Assembly: GCF_003704095.1 (NCBI RefSeq)
Contig: NW_020844837.1
Coordinates: forward strand, 124,001 to 188,000
Direction of reading: 5' to 3'
Length of the DNA: 64,000 bases
Origin: Pocillopora damicornis
Taxonomy: Eukaryota
The notes under the pieces were generated by a model. It made no database searches and was not told the origin of the DNA. It saw only the letters and a program-made list of their open reading frames with translations. The position numbers were made by a program, and so were the translations under genes. Within the stretch, counting starts at the first letter, position 1; the number at the start of each line of letters is the position of its first letter. This document shows, one piece after another, positions 26,153 to 36,903 of this stretch.

Positions 26153-27838
26153 TGACAGGGTTACTTCTAATTTAGAAGTACATATTATAACTCTAGGAAC
26201 TTTATGTAATGTAGGAATATTTAATAATGGTTATTACCTGTAAGGTACTTTAGTTAGCATATCTCACCTTTGTAAGACTTAACGTATTTATTGTGTCTAA
26301 CTTAAGAAAATATTTTTCCAGTAAAAATGGCATCTAATATTAATATTGAATTAACTTCTGTTGTTTTAACCAGTTAACTCCAGAAGTGACTAACAACCTC
26401 TTACTATAATATCCAAACATTATCCAGCAAATAGGCAATGAGAATATACTCAAACTTAACAGGTAGAAGTTATCTTTATCAACCATGTCACTGATTAAGA
26501 AGGGAATTTGTAGCAGCTAGAGAGGATTGACAATCAGATCTTGGGAATTAAAGGGTTACATGGTTAAAATGACGAGATATTGTTATAACACTCAATGATG
26601 TAAAATCATATTAGTTCTGTAGTAAAACTGCCACCTGTTTTGATGCTGTGTTTGTAAAATGTCCTATAAAGATGTATTTATTTTTCAGAATGGTATATTT
26701 TAAGGCAAAAAGTTAATTTTTCAAAGGTATCTCTAAAAAAGAGTGAAGGAGTATAAAGCATGGGTAGACATGTATCATTATTGACAGTATTTGTGCCTTG
26801 TTTTAAGGATGTTATACTTTTGTTCTGGATCACTTTACAAGAAGTAAAAATGAGAGAGTTAATATTAAATGTTCCAAGCAACATATCTGCATTTGTGAAC
26901 TTTTTCATAATCATGTCCTCTGGACCAATAAACATCTGATCAGCAGTTTTTCATTTGGACACAGCATAATTGATATCTTTCTGACATAACATTGTGTTCT
27001 TTTGGTCAGACACTGAGTCTTAANNNNNNNNNNNNNNNNNNNNNNNNNNNNNNNNNNNNNNNNNGGGGGGGGGTAAGTAGGTAGGTTGAGCAAACACCAG
27101 GGGATGGGGGGTGGGAAAATTGAAATTGACTTGTTTTGTACTGTTACATTCTTACTGAAGCCACGCATCAACTGATAAGTAAATTGTCTGGTAAACTGGA
27201 TTTTGTTGGTGTTTGTCTTACTAAAATTGACTTCCTTGTGATCATTTTTTGCTTGATGTTGTCTCTGGATGTTTGTGAGAAGTTGGATGTGGATCATTTA
27301 TTTAAGAATTATAGGTGTGCAGCATTTTACCTGTAATGATATTGATTTCTTTACAGTTTGAATGTTGTAATGCCTTTATTTCTACATCTACAAGATCAAC
27401 AACAGTCAGCACTTCACAAATTCATCATTAAAAAGTTTCAACAGCTATGGAACATGAGACAGAATTTTTATGGTTTTCATTAAGACTCTAATTAAGGTAG
27501 AATTTTTCATGACAATTGAAGAATAAAAATTGAACATTGATCAGGAAGTACTGGTAATATTAAAGAAAATTATGACAATTCAAAAACTTATTTAATAGTG
27601 TAGAACATGTTAGTAACAGGTACATGTATCTTTACATGAATGAATGTCAGGTTGATTCCATTCCAAAAATCATTCATACCATTCAATGTTTTCAATTATT
27701 GCATTGCGAGTTGTAGTCTCCTGAGAAAAACATTTCTTGCATGTCAAAATTAATTTCAGGTATAAATCGTTACCAGTATCAAATACTTTTTTGGCAGAGG
27801 TAATCTCCGTAAATAATGATTTGAAATAATTTCTGTTC

Positions 27839-30800
27839 CTAGGATTTCTTTTCTTTTGTGACAATGGACTGTAAAGTATATGGTATAGTAAACTGAATAT
27901 AATTAAAGTAACACAGAAAAGCTAAGAAATGTGCACAGGAATAGAGAGAGATGAGTACAGGCCAGAGGTCTGGGTACCGTTTGGGGGGCTGAACAACTGC
28001 TGATCCAATGTGTAAACCCAAGGCTCCAATCACTGACAGAACAAACTGAAAAAAGATTGGGTACAAGAAAATCTCATGGAAAGAAACAGGAGTTTGATTA
28101 CCATTATGAATTAAAGGTGTGCAGCATTTAAACTGTACAGATGTTGATGTCTCTACAGTTTGAATGCTGTAATGCGTTTAACTCTTCATAACCATGATCA
28201 ATCATGTATTCTGTTTGGTAACTCTATCAGAGTTCACAATGAAAGTCTACAACACTGCTTTCACCCATTCATTCCCATGACCTTCATATCAGTTCTCAGC
28301 ACTGTCTACCATACATTAAATAAAATTTTAACCCTGAAAATTTGGTGCAAAACCAAACCTTATATCATGGAATGATTTTCAGTTCCCTCTTTTTCATCAT
28401 CACCTATCTCATTGGAGAATATATCAATAGTTGGGCTCTTCAAGAAGTAACTGGCTCAATTTTAATGGTGTGTGGATTGTACAGAATGAACAACTCACCA
28501 AACTTTGTTTAAGTGGTTCTACCTTGTTGAACTCAAACACATGATAAGCAATGGTGTAGAAAAACAACATGCATGAAATATAGGGTAGAGACAAACCATC
28601 CTTCAGTAGTAAGGGCCACATGCTGGAAAATAAAATAAGTTATTAATTATTGATAGTAATTACTCTTAGTAATCATTGTGTTGGGTGATTCTAGCTGCAG
28701 AATTCAGCTTGGTACCAAAGGCAATGGAAAAAATATTGCAGGAGGATGTTAGTACCTACCCAGCCATCTGGGAGGGGAGGGGTTAAGTCAAGTCTCCCTT
28801 GACCAAAACACCCATTGCTTGATAACTAGAGGAAGCCTACATCAAGGTGGGGGGGGGGGCCTATTAGTAGAGATTTCATGGTGAAGACAAGCTAATTTTA
28901 CATTATGATTGACTAATGAGACATTCAATTGACAGTAAGTTTTACTGAAAGACATTAATTACAGACTGCAAAACTTAAAATGTTTTATCACCAACCTGAA
29001 AGTAGAGATGACTAAGAACCATACACACTCAAAGGGTTTATAGTGAAGCAGAAGACAAACAGGTCTGAAGTGATCAATAAGAAAACATGAATTATTTAAG
29101 TATTACTGTAGTCATATGTTGTCAAATAACAGTCACAAACAGAATAAAAATCAATCTGATCAGAAGCTGTTATAGCACTCCTTAGCTTAACATGGGAACA
29201 CATAATCAGAAGAAACTTCCTTTGCTAGATTAATTGTTAAAAAGAACAGTACTTACAGAGCTGCTAACAAAATTGATTTTTCATGCACTTGATAGGAAAA
29301 AAGGAAAAATGCCAATGAAGAATTCACCTGGAATTTAAGTAATAGACAAATTATAAGATGGTAGAAAAACATTATGGAATCACTTTAACTCAAGAGTCAA
29401 TTTAAAGTCTGAAGTTTTCTTCAGGTAGAAGGGATGTTACTTGATTCTTACGTAAGGTCAATCTTAGATGATCACATTGCAAAGACAATGACATTTAAGA
29501 CAAATTGTGCTGCTGCCTTTGGCAATTAGTTCATAACATTCAGGTGAACTAGATCCTTACCAAGGCTAAAACAAATCGGTCTATCATTGGATTCTTTAGC
29601 AAATTCAGTGAGGATGGTAGGCAAGTTATGATTGTTGACCAGGTGCTGCAAGGGAAGGATGAATAATATGGAGAGAAGATTAAAAATAAAAATAAAAAAA
29701 TTGAAAAAAATGCGTATTTTGTTAGGTTTATTAGCCTTAACGTTAATATTTTGATGTCCCCTATTTCTTACCACTTATTTTACAAATCTAATTCCTGAAA
29801 ATTCTTTCATGTATCATTGAGTGAATGATGTGTTCTTACCTGAGTCTTATAATCTGAGTTTGTGAGAGTATTTTTTTTACTTTAATTAGAACAGAGATTG
29901 AGCACCAAATGTTGGCCACCTTGTCCTTGTAAAGGAATGATAAAAATACAAGTTTGATTAATACTTTCAATATCCACACAATGCATTAGACTGTTACAGA
30001 TTGTTATTGGATGACATGAAATTTTGATATCTACCTCAAAGATACCTCTGGCAAATGGAAAAAGTCTGTGGAGAACTTGTAAAATCATTGGTAATCCAGT
30101 CAAAAATGGTAACCAACTGAAAATTCACAATCACAAACAAAAATTCATTAATTGAAAAATTAAATTATTGTTAAATTAAAATGACTGAATTAATGAAAAA
30201 TTATTGCAATTTGTCACTTACCAAAGAACAAATGTTAAAACAACCACAATCCCAATTTTTGCAATATTAAATATTCTTGAGAACCTATGTAAACAATCAA
30301 CAGATTAAGTCTTAGTTGCAGGATCAGTGTTGACAGAAAAAACCATAGAGTGAATAAACATATGTTACAAATAATAAAACCTACATACAAAACAATCCCT
30401 GTTAGAGTTAGAATGTTTAGAATCTGTTCATCAATATGCACTTGAAACATCTTCAACCTTACTCTAGTTCAGCTCAAGTTATATTACTTTAATTGTGTGA
30501 TTAACAAAAATACTTACCAAGAATTTTGTTTCCATGATTTCCCTAATAAATAGAAAAAAAAAGGGAGAGCATGATAAAGTTCCATCTGTTTGTAGTTTAA
30601 CGCCAGTGTAAAAGCAACTGAGCCCAGCAAATCATGATCACAAGCCAGTCCTATAACTCCCCACAGAGCTAAACCAAGGCTTATTGAATTATATCTGAAT
30701 CAGCCAGTTAAGGAAAAAACAGTTGCATTTTAAGGCAACTTTATATTTTTAAAAATAACACAATCCAGTGATGTTATGTACTTTTACTTGACTGTCATTT

Positions 30801-33374
30801 TCTAATTTTAACTTTTCCCCTCCCTTCCATTAAAGTGACTAGCATCTAATTTCTCCCAACAGTAATACTGCTCAATCATTCATTACAATCATGAGAATAA
30901 AGAAAATGATCACCAACGTATGGAAGTTTGATTGTTAAATAAATTATCCTTGTTAGTACCAAACATATGTATAGAGAACAGTATGGAGAATATGCCTACT
31001 TATGTTGGGGTTACAGGAGTTAAAAAACACGTGTCTTTAAATCTGAGTATACACTGCACAGTAACCTTTTCTTTCAATTTTCTTTCAACAATTTTACAAA
31101 ATTTTGCTGCATTGGCCAGGCACCCTCTTTAATTAATTTATGGAAGGTCAGGCATAAGACACCCTAAAAAGACAATTCTGAAATTGATGCATTGTCTTTT
31201 TCATATCAAATATCTTCCATCAGGTTGGATTATGAAAAACAAGGTTGGATACTGGAAGTGACCATGGTCAATAAGGATAAGTCCTGGGTAGAATAACACA
31301 GTAGCTGCAGTAAGAACCTAGAAATTAATGGAAAAAATTATTTGGTACAAACATTTCATATCTTTGACAAAGATATCATTATGATCAAAAATTAACTAAC
31401 ATTTAGATGATAGCTTTGGAAAACAGTGAATTGTTAGGAAGCTTTAATACAAAATGTTTGAGACTATGGTACATTTTAAGGGGCTCAGAATCCACAGAGG
31501 AATCCATCCTTTACTCCCTCTATGCTAATCTTTATGCACAAGTTCACACTCCGAATGTAACTTTGCAATGAAGAGGCCTGCACATCACCCTGCTTGTCTT
31601 AGATACCAAATGCTGTCATTACCTTGTTGATGACTGGTTTCCTTCTCAAGCAAACAAAAGCAAAAACTAAGACTGCTGGAATATACACCAATATATCTGC
31701 TATAACAACTGAAAAAATCAAAACAGCAAGTTAACTATGAGATAAACTTGACTTAAATTTCCTACTCAGCAGTTGCACTTATAATTGTAAAAATCAAATA
31801 ACAAGACTCAGTATGATTCTATAAATCAGTTCACCTGTATGCCTCATAAACAGTTTATGCGTGTGACTTTCATGTCCCCTGGACTTGTTGAGTGCAACCC
31901 AGTTTGGATTTATCTTGTTAGCTCTGCAATATAAAGAAAATATCATTATGATAGTGTCAGTGTTTGGAATTAGGTACTAATGTGTGTGAATTTCTTAAGA
32001 GCTCTACAAACCTTACATCCTGGAACCAACCATAGTTAACAGAATCTCTTACTACAGTTATGTTAAACCTGCAGTTAAGCACCATGTTCTGAGGGTTAAC
32101 CTTCTCAATCTTGGGAGTGATCAAAAATGAATCTCTCCCCTCATTGAAAAAAATAAAAGGCAGAGGGAGTGGAAAATTTAAATGTAAATCATAGTAGTGA
32201 AAGGATCATTGCTGTCTGAAACAGAGATTCAAGAATTATTTTTAATTGAAGTACTCACATGAAGCCACAAACCCAGCTGTGGTATGCAGTGAGCGGAGGG
32301 TAATCCAAGCCCCAATACATTAAGTCATTATTGGTTGTGTTTGTGTACCTTCCAAAAAATATTGATATTTTTTATAAAGTTAGATTGCAATCATTGACAA
32401 CTCATCAACTCTCTGATACTCAGTACTGATAAGTACAAGAAGAAAAAAAATAATCTTTATAATTTTAATCCACTCATAACAGGGCATGTAATGAAATTGT
32501 AAAAATTATTCCCCACCCTGACATTCAAGTCTTAAAACTAGTCATCAACAAATGTAAGGTCTGCAGCCAGGGGAATCACCCGTCAGTTCTTGGGAGAGAT
32601 ATTGTGGGTAAATAGGTTTCCAACTATCTCAAATAAGTCTTTGAAGGTCTGAACAATACATGATCCTTAATCGCATTGTCTTTTCACGTGGCCAATACTT
32701 AGAGGCCATCCTCTTTAGCTTTCCTCGATAGAACTTGGAAGTTTCGAGGGTTCAAGTTCTTCTTTAAACAGACATAGTTTGAAGCTACACTGGTTTGCAG
32801 TTTTAATGAATGTAACCGAAGAAGTTACAATTCATAGACCCAACGTTTCGACACTCCTGTCTAGTGCCTTGGTCTGTCCGATGTATTCGTTATCACAGTC
32901 ATTGCAAGGAATAGAATAAATGGCGTCGGTTCGTTGTTCTTTCGTGACAGGATCCTTAGGTTTGGCAAACCTAATGCAATGACTAATTTTCTCAGAGAGA
33001 AATCACGATTTTCGTCGACAGACTTTCCGACCTGCTGATCAGACACATCACTCTCACCTATGGCTACATGTACATGTAACCGATAAAAGGCACTTAATAA
33101 CACGGGATTACCACTCATCAAACGGAAGATTGTATGTTATTTCCATCCAGTGTCGCTGTGCTTCATAATCTCCAAACATTGGGGGTTTTCCCTTTCCTGA
33201 GAAACAAATTCAGCAAAAGCAAGCGCGCGTGTAAATTTCAAAACATTATCTCCACGAGATCGCAGAAGAGAACTTCAATTTCAAGGTACCTGAATAGGTG
33301 CTTAGAGACACACACCACCGCACAAGAATATTGGCTAGAACGCAAAGCACCACTGCATAAAATGTTGCAGCCAT
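27839..33374 (-). CDS. ALG6: Dolichyl pyrophosphate Man9GlcNAc2 alpha-1,3-glucosyltransferase (about 15 exons)
   Basis: [29 protein letters not shown]|[46 protein letters not shown]|[59 protein letters not shown], and a C-terminal KEKKS ER-retrieval-like tail. Confidence 0.93.
32730..32876 (-). mobile_element. Degenerate Penelope-like terminal repeat fragment in ALG6 intron 2
   Basis: Minus strand GGCAC-tagacagga-GTGTC-GAAACGTT (stem II plus GAAAC of a PLE hammerhead); the CUGANGA box is mutated. Confidence 0.45.
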
Positions 33375-33589
33375 TTCCACAGTTATCAATTTTCACGAAC
33401 GTTCATATCTCATCCGCCATCTTAGAGAGGAAGGGATCATGGGTTCGTACCCAGACTCTTAGAAAAAGTGGTCGAGGCAAACTCATCCTCAGGGCTTTCT
33501 CGGTCATTTTTTCAATATGGCGAAAGCCCCGAACTGACTTTCTCCTCACAATCTGCTATTGTGAAAACCGACCGAGAATACCCTTCGGC

Positions 33590-33680
33590 AGAGCGAGGGC
33601 TAACGCTCGAAACGTCAGCCTTATTGTCCTCTCTATGGTACAGTAGCCGATTCACATTATCAACTCAGTCGATAAAACTG
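33590..33680 (+). mobile_element. Penelope-like terminal repeat fragment upstream of ALG6
   Basis: gagggctaacgctcgaaacgtcagc...gattcacattatcaactcagtcgataaaac, the same family as 60150-60497. Confidence 0.55.
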
Positions 33681-34770
33681 AATAATCTTTTAAGGAAACA
33701 TACCCCTTTATTCATTTCAGTGTCACCCGTAAACCTCAGTCTATTCAACGCTCTGAGCTGTTTACTTCCCTTATTGATTCTGGTATTTACGGTCTGATTC
33801 CTTCTTGAATTCACCTATAAGCGGCATTACTGTTACCAAGTCCTTTGCACAAAACTGAACAATCCCATGACAGGAAACGAGAAATGAGCGTAATCTTCAT
33901 CTGCTTTGCTCCCGAGGGTCCATGGGCGCTGATTGGCACAAATGAATTTAAGATTGGTTTTCAAAGTAGTAGTCAGAGTTGATGGTAGAAGTGCAGAGCA
34001 ATATGATCCGGCAAAAATAAGAAAAAAACGCAATCACAAACAGAGTGCAGTTGCCGCTTGTGACTCCGTCGCTTGTGATCTGTAAAAGCTAAATTTCTAA
34101 AGTGGTAACCTATCGAATGGTAACAGAACTCGTAGTATGACTGGTTGGCTCTTCTGCTGCTATTTGTGAGTGACGCAATCTAGTTTTGAACGGAACATAC
34201 GCGTCAGAAGAAAATGAAACTGTAATGATTCTTCCGATCCTGATCCATGTCTCCCCTTGCGTCTCCGATTTTCCGATTTTCCTGCTCACAAACGCGTTTA
34301 CAACGCTGGAGCCAGTGAGAGTTATCCTTAAATAGCATACCCTGTTTGTTTCGTGTAAACTGTGTAGTAACTGGTTATTTTTGTTTAAGAGCTCTTTAAA
34401 TGATCCCGTTAACCTTACTAGCACAGTAATTAGAGCAGGAACCGTCAATGAAGTAAATCCCGATGTGAGTGCGGGGAAACTGCAGAAATGGCGAATGTCA
34501 GAGGCCGAGACCACTCCGTCTGACGGATAGGCTGCGAAAAAAGGACAGCGGGTCTATCATAATTGTGATATACCTAACAAAGCAATTTACTCACAAACTC
34601 GGACTGCGAATTATTTTAAAAATTTCAAGTTTAATCTCAAATTCAGTCGTGAACTTCTTACAGTAAAAACTCTCTAAACTCCAAAATATTGAATGACTTC
34701 TTGACTTTCAAGTCTCGTATTTTCCACGATTTTTTCTCACTTTGATTTAGCTCTGAAACATATTTTTTAT

Positions 34771-36903
34771 TCAAGAGCGTAATGTTTCCATTTCGTCAGC
34801 GATTGGATCAAGGCTAAGTAAATTCAACAGATCCTGACACTCTTCCTCGATTATTCGCACGCGCTTAATAGGTGACTCCTTGCGCCATTTTAAATCATTT
34901 TTATGAGAATCTCTAACATGAGAGTAAGGGTTATCCAAGGAATCCTGTAATTCCTCTTCATCAGGATTCGTGCTCTTGATAATCCAATCAATTAAGCTGT
35001 CTGGCATTTCAAAGCCAGCAAATTTATACATCTTCTTAGCTGTGGTAACAGGCATTGTAGTAATTTCTCGGTAGGTTACCTCCATGTAACTGTCTTTCCA
35101 TTCAGAACTTGATTCTCTGCCAAACTGAATATTTGTTTCGATTTTACCACACATCTTTCGCACCAGGGAACGAAATCGGACGTAAGTGAAATCCGAGATC
35201 CACCCGTTCTTTATTCGTGAATTTAGGCTTCCTCTCGGATCGCGCACTATTTGAATGACACGTATGTCAGTGTCGGGATTCGCGTGGAACACGCGTGGGA
35301 TAATGGTCGAGATACTCTCGCGCGGAACGCGAACTTGTCCGACCTTTACTACGCTGTGGTTAAAATCTTTGAGGCAAACCTCTTCTGCAAATTCCGGATA
35401 ACGATGAAGATTAGGCCAGAACCACTTTCCAGTTTTTGTCTTGCGCTTAAATGGAGAAGTTCTGAAGACGTTTTTCTCAAAAACCCCTGCACCCACCCAA
35501 TGCGATGAGGTATGAAAAAGAAAATCTTTTCCCGCTCTGGAATGCGTGAAATGACAAGACAGCAAGGCATTAATCAAATCCAACGTAACTCTAACTTGCT
35601 CTCTACTTCCTGTAATAGATCCTGAAAACCATTTCTTAGTTACCCACAAAGGTTCATAAACTGTAAACATTTGAGGATCAGCAGCAAACATCTTAGTTAC
35701 GAATGTTGTTCCAGAACGATCGTCACCGAAGATAAGGAGACTCTTTCGTTTTTTCACCGAAGTTGTTTTCGGAAGCTGGTCGGGAGTACGTTTTATCTCC
35801 TCATCTTTTAGTCGCGATCTATGACTATGAAGATTTGTTGCCACTTTGCTTGAATTCTGTCCATGATTAAAACTTTGTCGATTCGAATTTTTATTTTGAA
35901 TTCGATCTGAATTTTGCACATTACTAAGCGATGATTTATCTTGATCATTTGAAACTGGCATTTTACCTGACAACAGAGATGTATGAAGAGAACTTTTCAC
36001 CAACATTTGTTGAGTGTCTACAGGACTAACTTTGATGATATTCCCCTTTTCGCTGTTATCATGTTTGAGAAGACGAAGAGGATTTCTGTCGCTCAATTTT
36101 TCTTTTAAGTTGTCTGATACATTGGTACTGAAATTATTTTTTGTTGCGAGATTTTCAGTCTGATTTAAAATTTCGCCTTTGTATATTTTTTCTTGCTGAA
36201 GGATGGACTTTGTGTCATTGTATACCATGTGGTGTTTTGATGAGTTTACAAACTTAAACTGTCTCTCCAGTTTCCTTCTTACTCCGATTTGAGGGTGTAA
36301 CATGTGATGCCGTAGGCGTTCAACCCCCCGGTTGGGCGAGCGGTTGTCAAATCTTCGGGAAGATTTCGCTGTTTCAGAATATCTTTCGGAATCCGATTTG
36401 GACTCTACTGGACTCCCATGTTTATTTCTTGAGAGTTCTCCTGAATCAATTGTATTCATTTTTCTTTCCAGAAATGAAGATACATTCTGAGGAGAACCCA
36501 TTTCATCTTGCTGTTTCAAGTCAGTGACTGGGTCAAAATCATTTGATTCATGTAACACTTTGCTGGACTTGGAGACAGGAACATCAGTTGAAGATAAATT
36601 TTTTGGAGCATCGTAATCGTCCAAGTCAAGCAGATCTTTGAAAGCGTCGTCATTTCTTACAAAATCAGAAATTACCTCTGCCCTCCAACCTACGCCTCCA
36701 AGTTGGGTGTAGGAGTCATTCCGTTGCGATTCTGGTTCATGGATGAATTGTGTAGACAAATCTCTGTTTATAAATGGATTTTCTATCTGATGTACCATAA
36801 CAAATAGATAGAAACCAGAACAAGCTATCACAACCAAGGCAACTTTGATTAGGCTCAGCTGGCTCTGTAGTCCTTTGCGAGTCTTCTTTACTTTGGCAGC
36901 CAT
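34771..36903 (-). CDS. Golgi type II carbohydrate sulfotransferase (CHST1/3/5-like), single coding exon, 710 aa
   Basis: N-terminal TM segment (LIKVALVVIACSGFYLFVMV) and a long polar stem. 5'-PAPS motif RSGTTF, YEPLW, 3'-PAPS motif IVRDPRGSLNSR, VTYREI, KWRK. Confidence 0.85.
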   Translation of the reverse strand: MAAKVKKTRKGLQSQLSLIKVALVVIACSGFYLFVMVHQIENPFINRDLSTQFIHEPESQRNDSYTQLGGVGWRAEVISDFVRNDDAFKDLLDLDDYDAPKNLSSTDVPVSKSSKVLHESNDFDPVTDLKQQDEMGSPQNVSSFLERKMNTIDSGELSRNKHGSPVESKSDSERYSETAKSSRRFDNRSPNRGVERLRHHMLHPQIGVRRKLERQFKFVNSSKHHMVYNDTKSILQQEKIYKGEILNQTENLATKNNFSTNVSDNLKEKLSDRNPLRLLKHDNSEKGNIIKVSPVDTQQMLVKSSLHTSLLSGKMPVSNDQDKSSLSNVQNSDRIQNKNSNRQSFNHGQNSSKVATNLHSHRSRLKDEEIKRTPDQLPKTTSVKKRKSLLIFGDDRSGTTFVTKMFAADPQMFTVYEPLWVTKKWFSGSITGSREQVRVTLDLINALLSCHFTHSRAGKDFLFHTSSHWVGAGVFEKNVFRTSPFKRKTKTGKWFWPNLHRYPEFAEEVCLKDFNHSVVKVGQVRVPRESISTIIPRVFHANPDTDIRVIQIVRDPRGSLNSRIKNGWISDFTYVRFRSLVRKMCGKIETNIQFGRESSSEWKDSYMEVTYREITTMPVTTAKKMYKFAGFEMPDSLIDWIIKSTNPDEEELQDSLDNPYSHVRDSHKNDLKWRKESPIKRVRIIEEECQDLLNLLSLDPIADEMETLRS

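Noticed and set aside
33134-33797. Plus-strand ORFs of 170 and 109 aa
   Set aside because: They are antisense to ALG6 exons 1-2 and run into a Penelope fragment; no recognisable motif.
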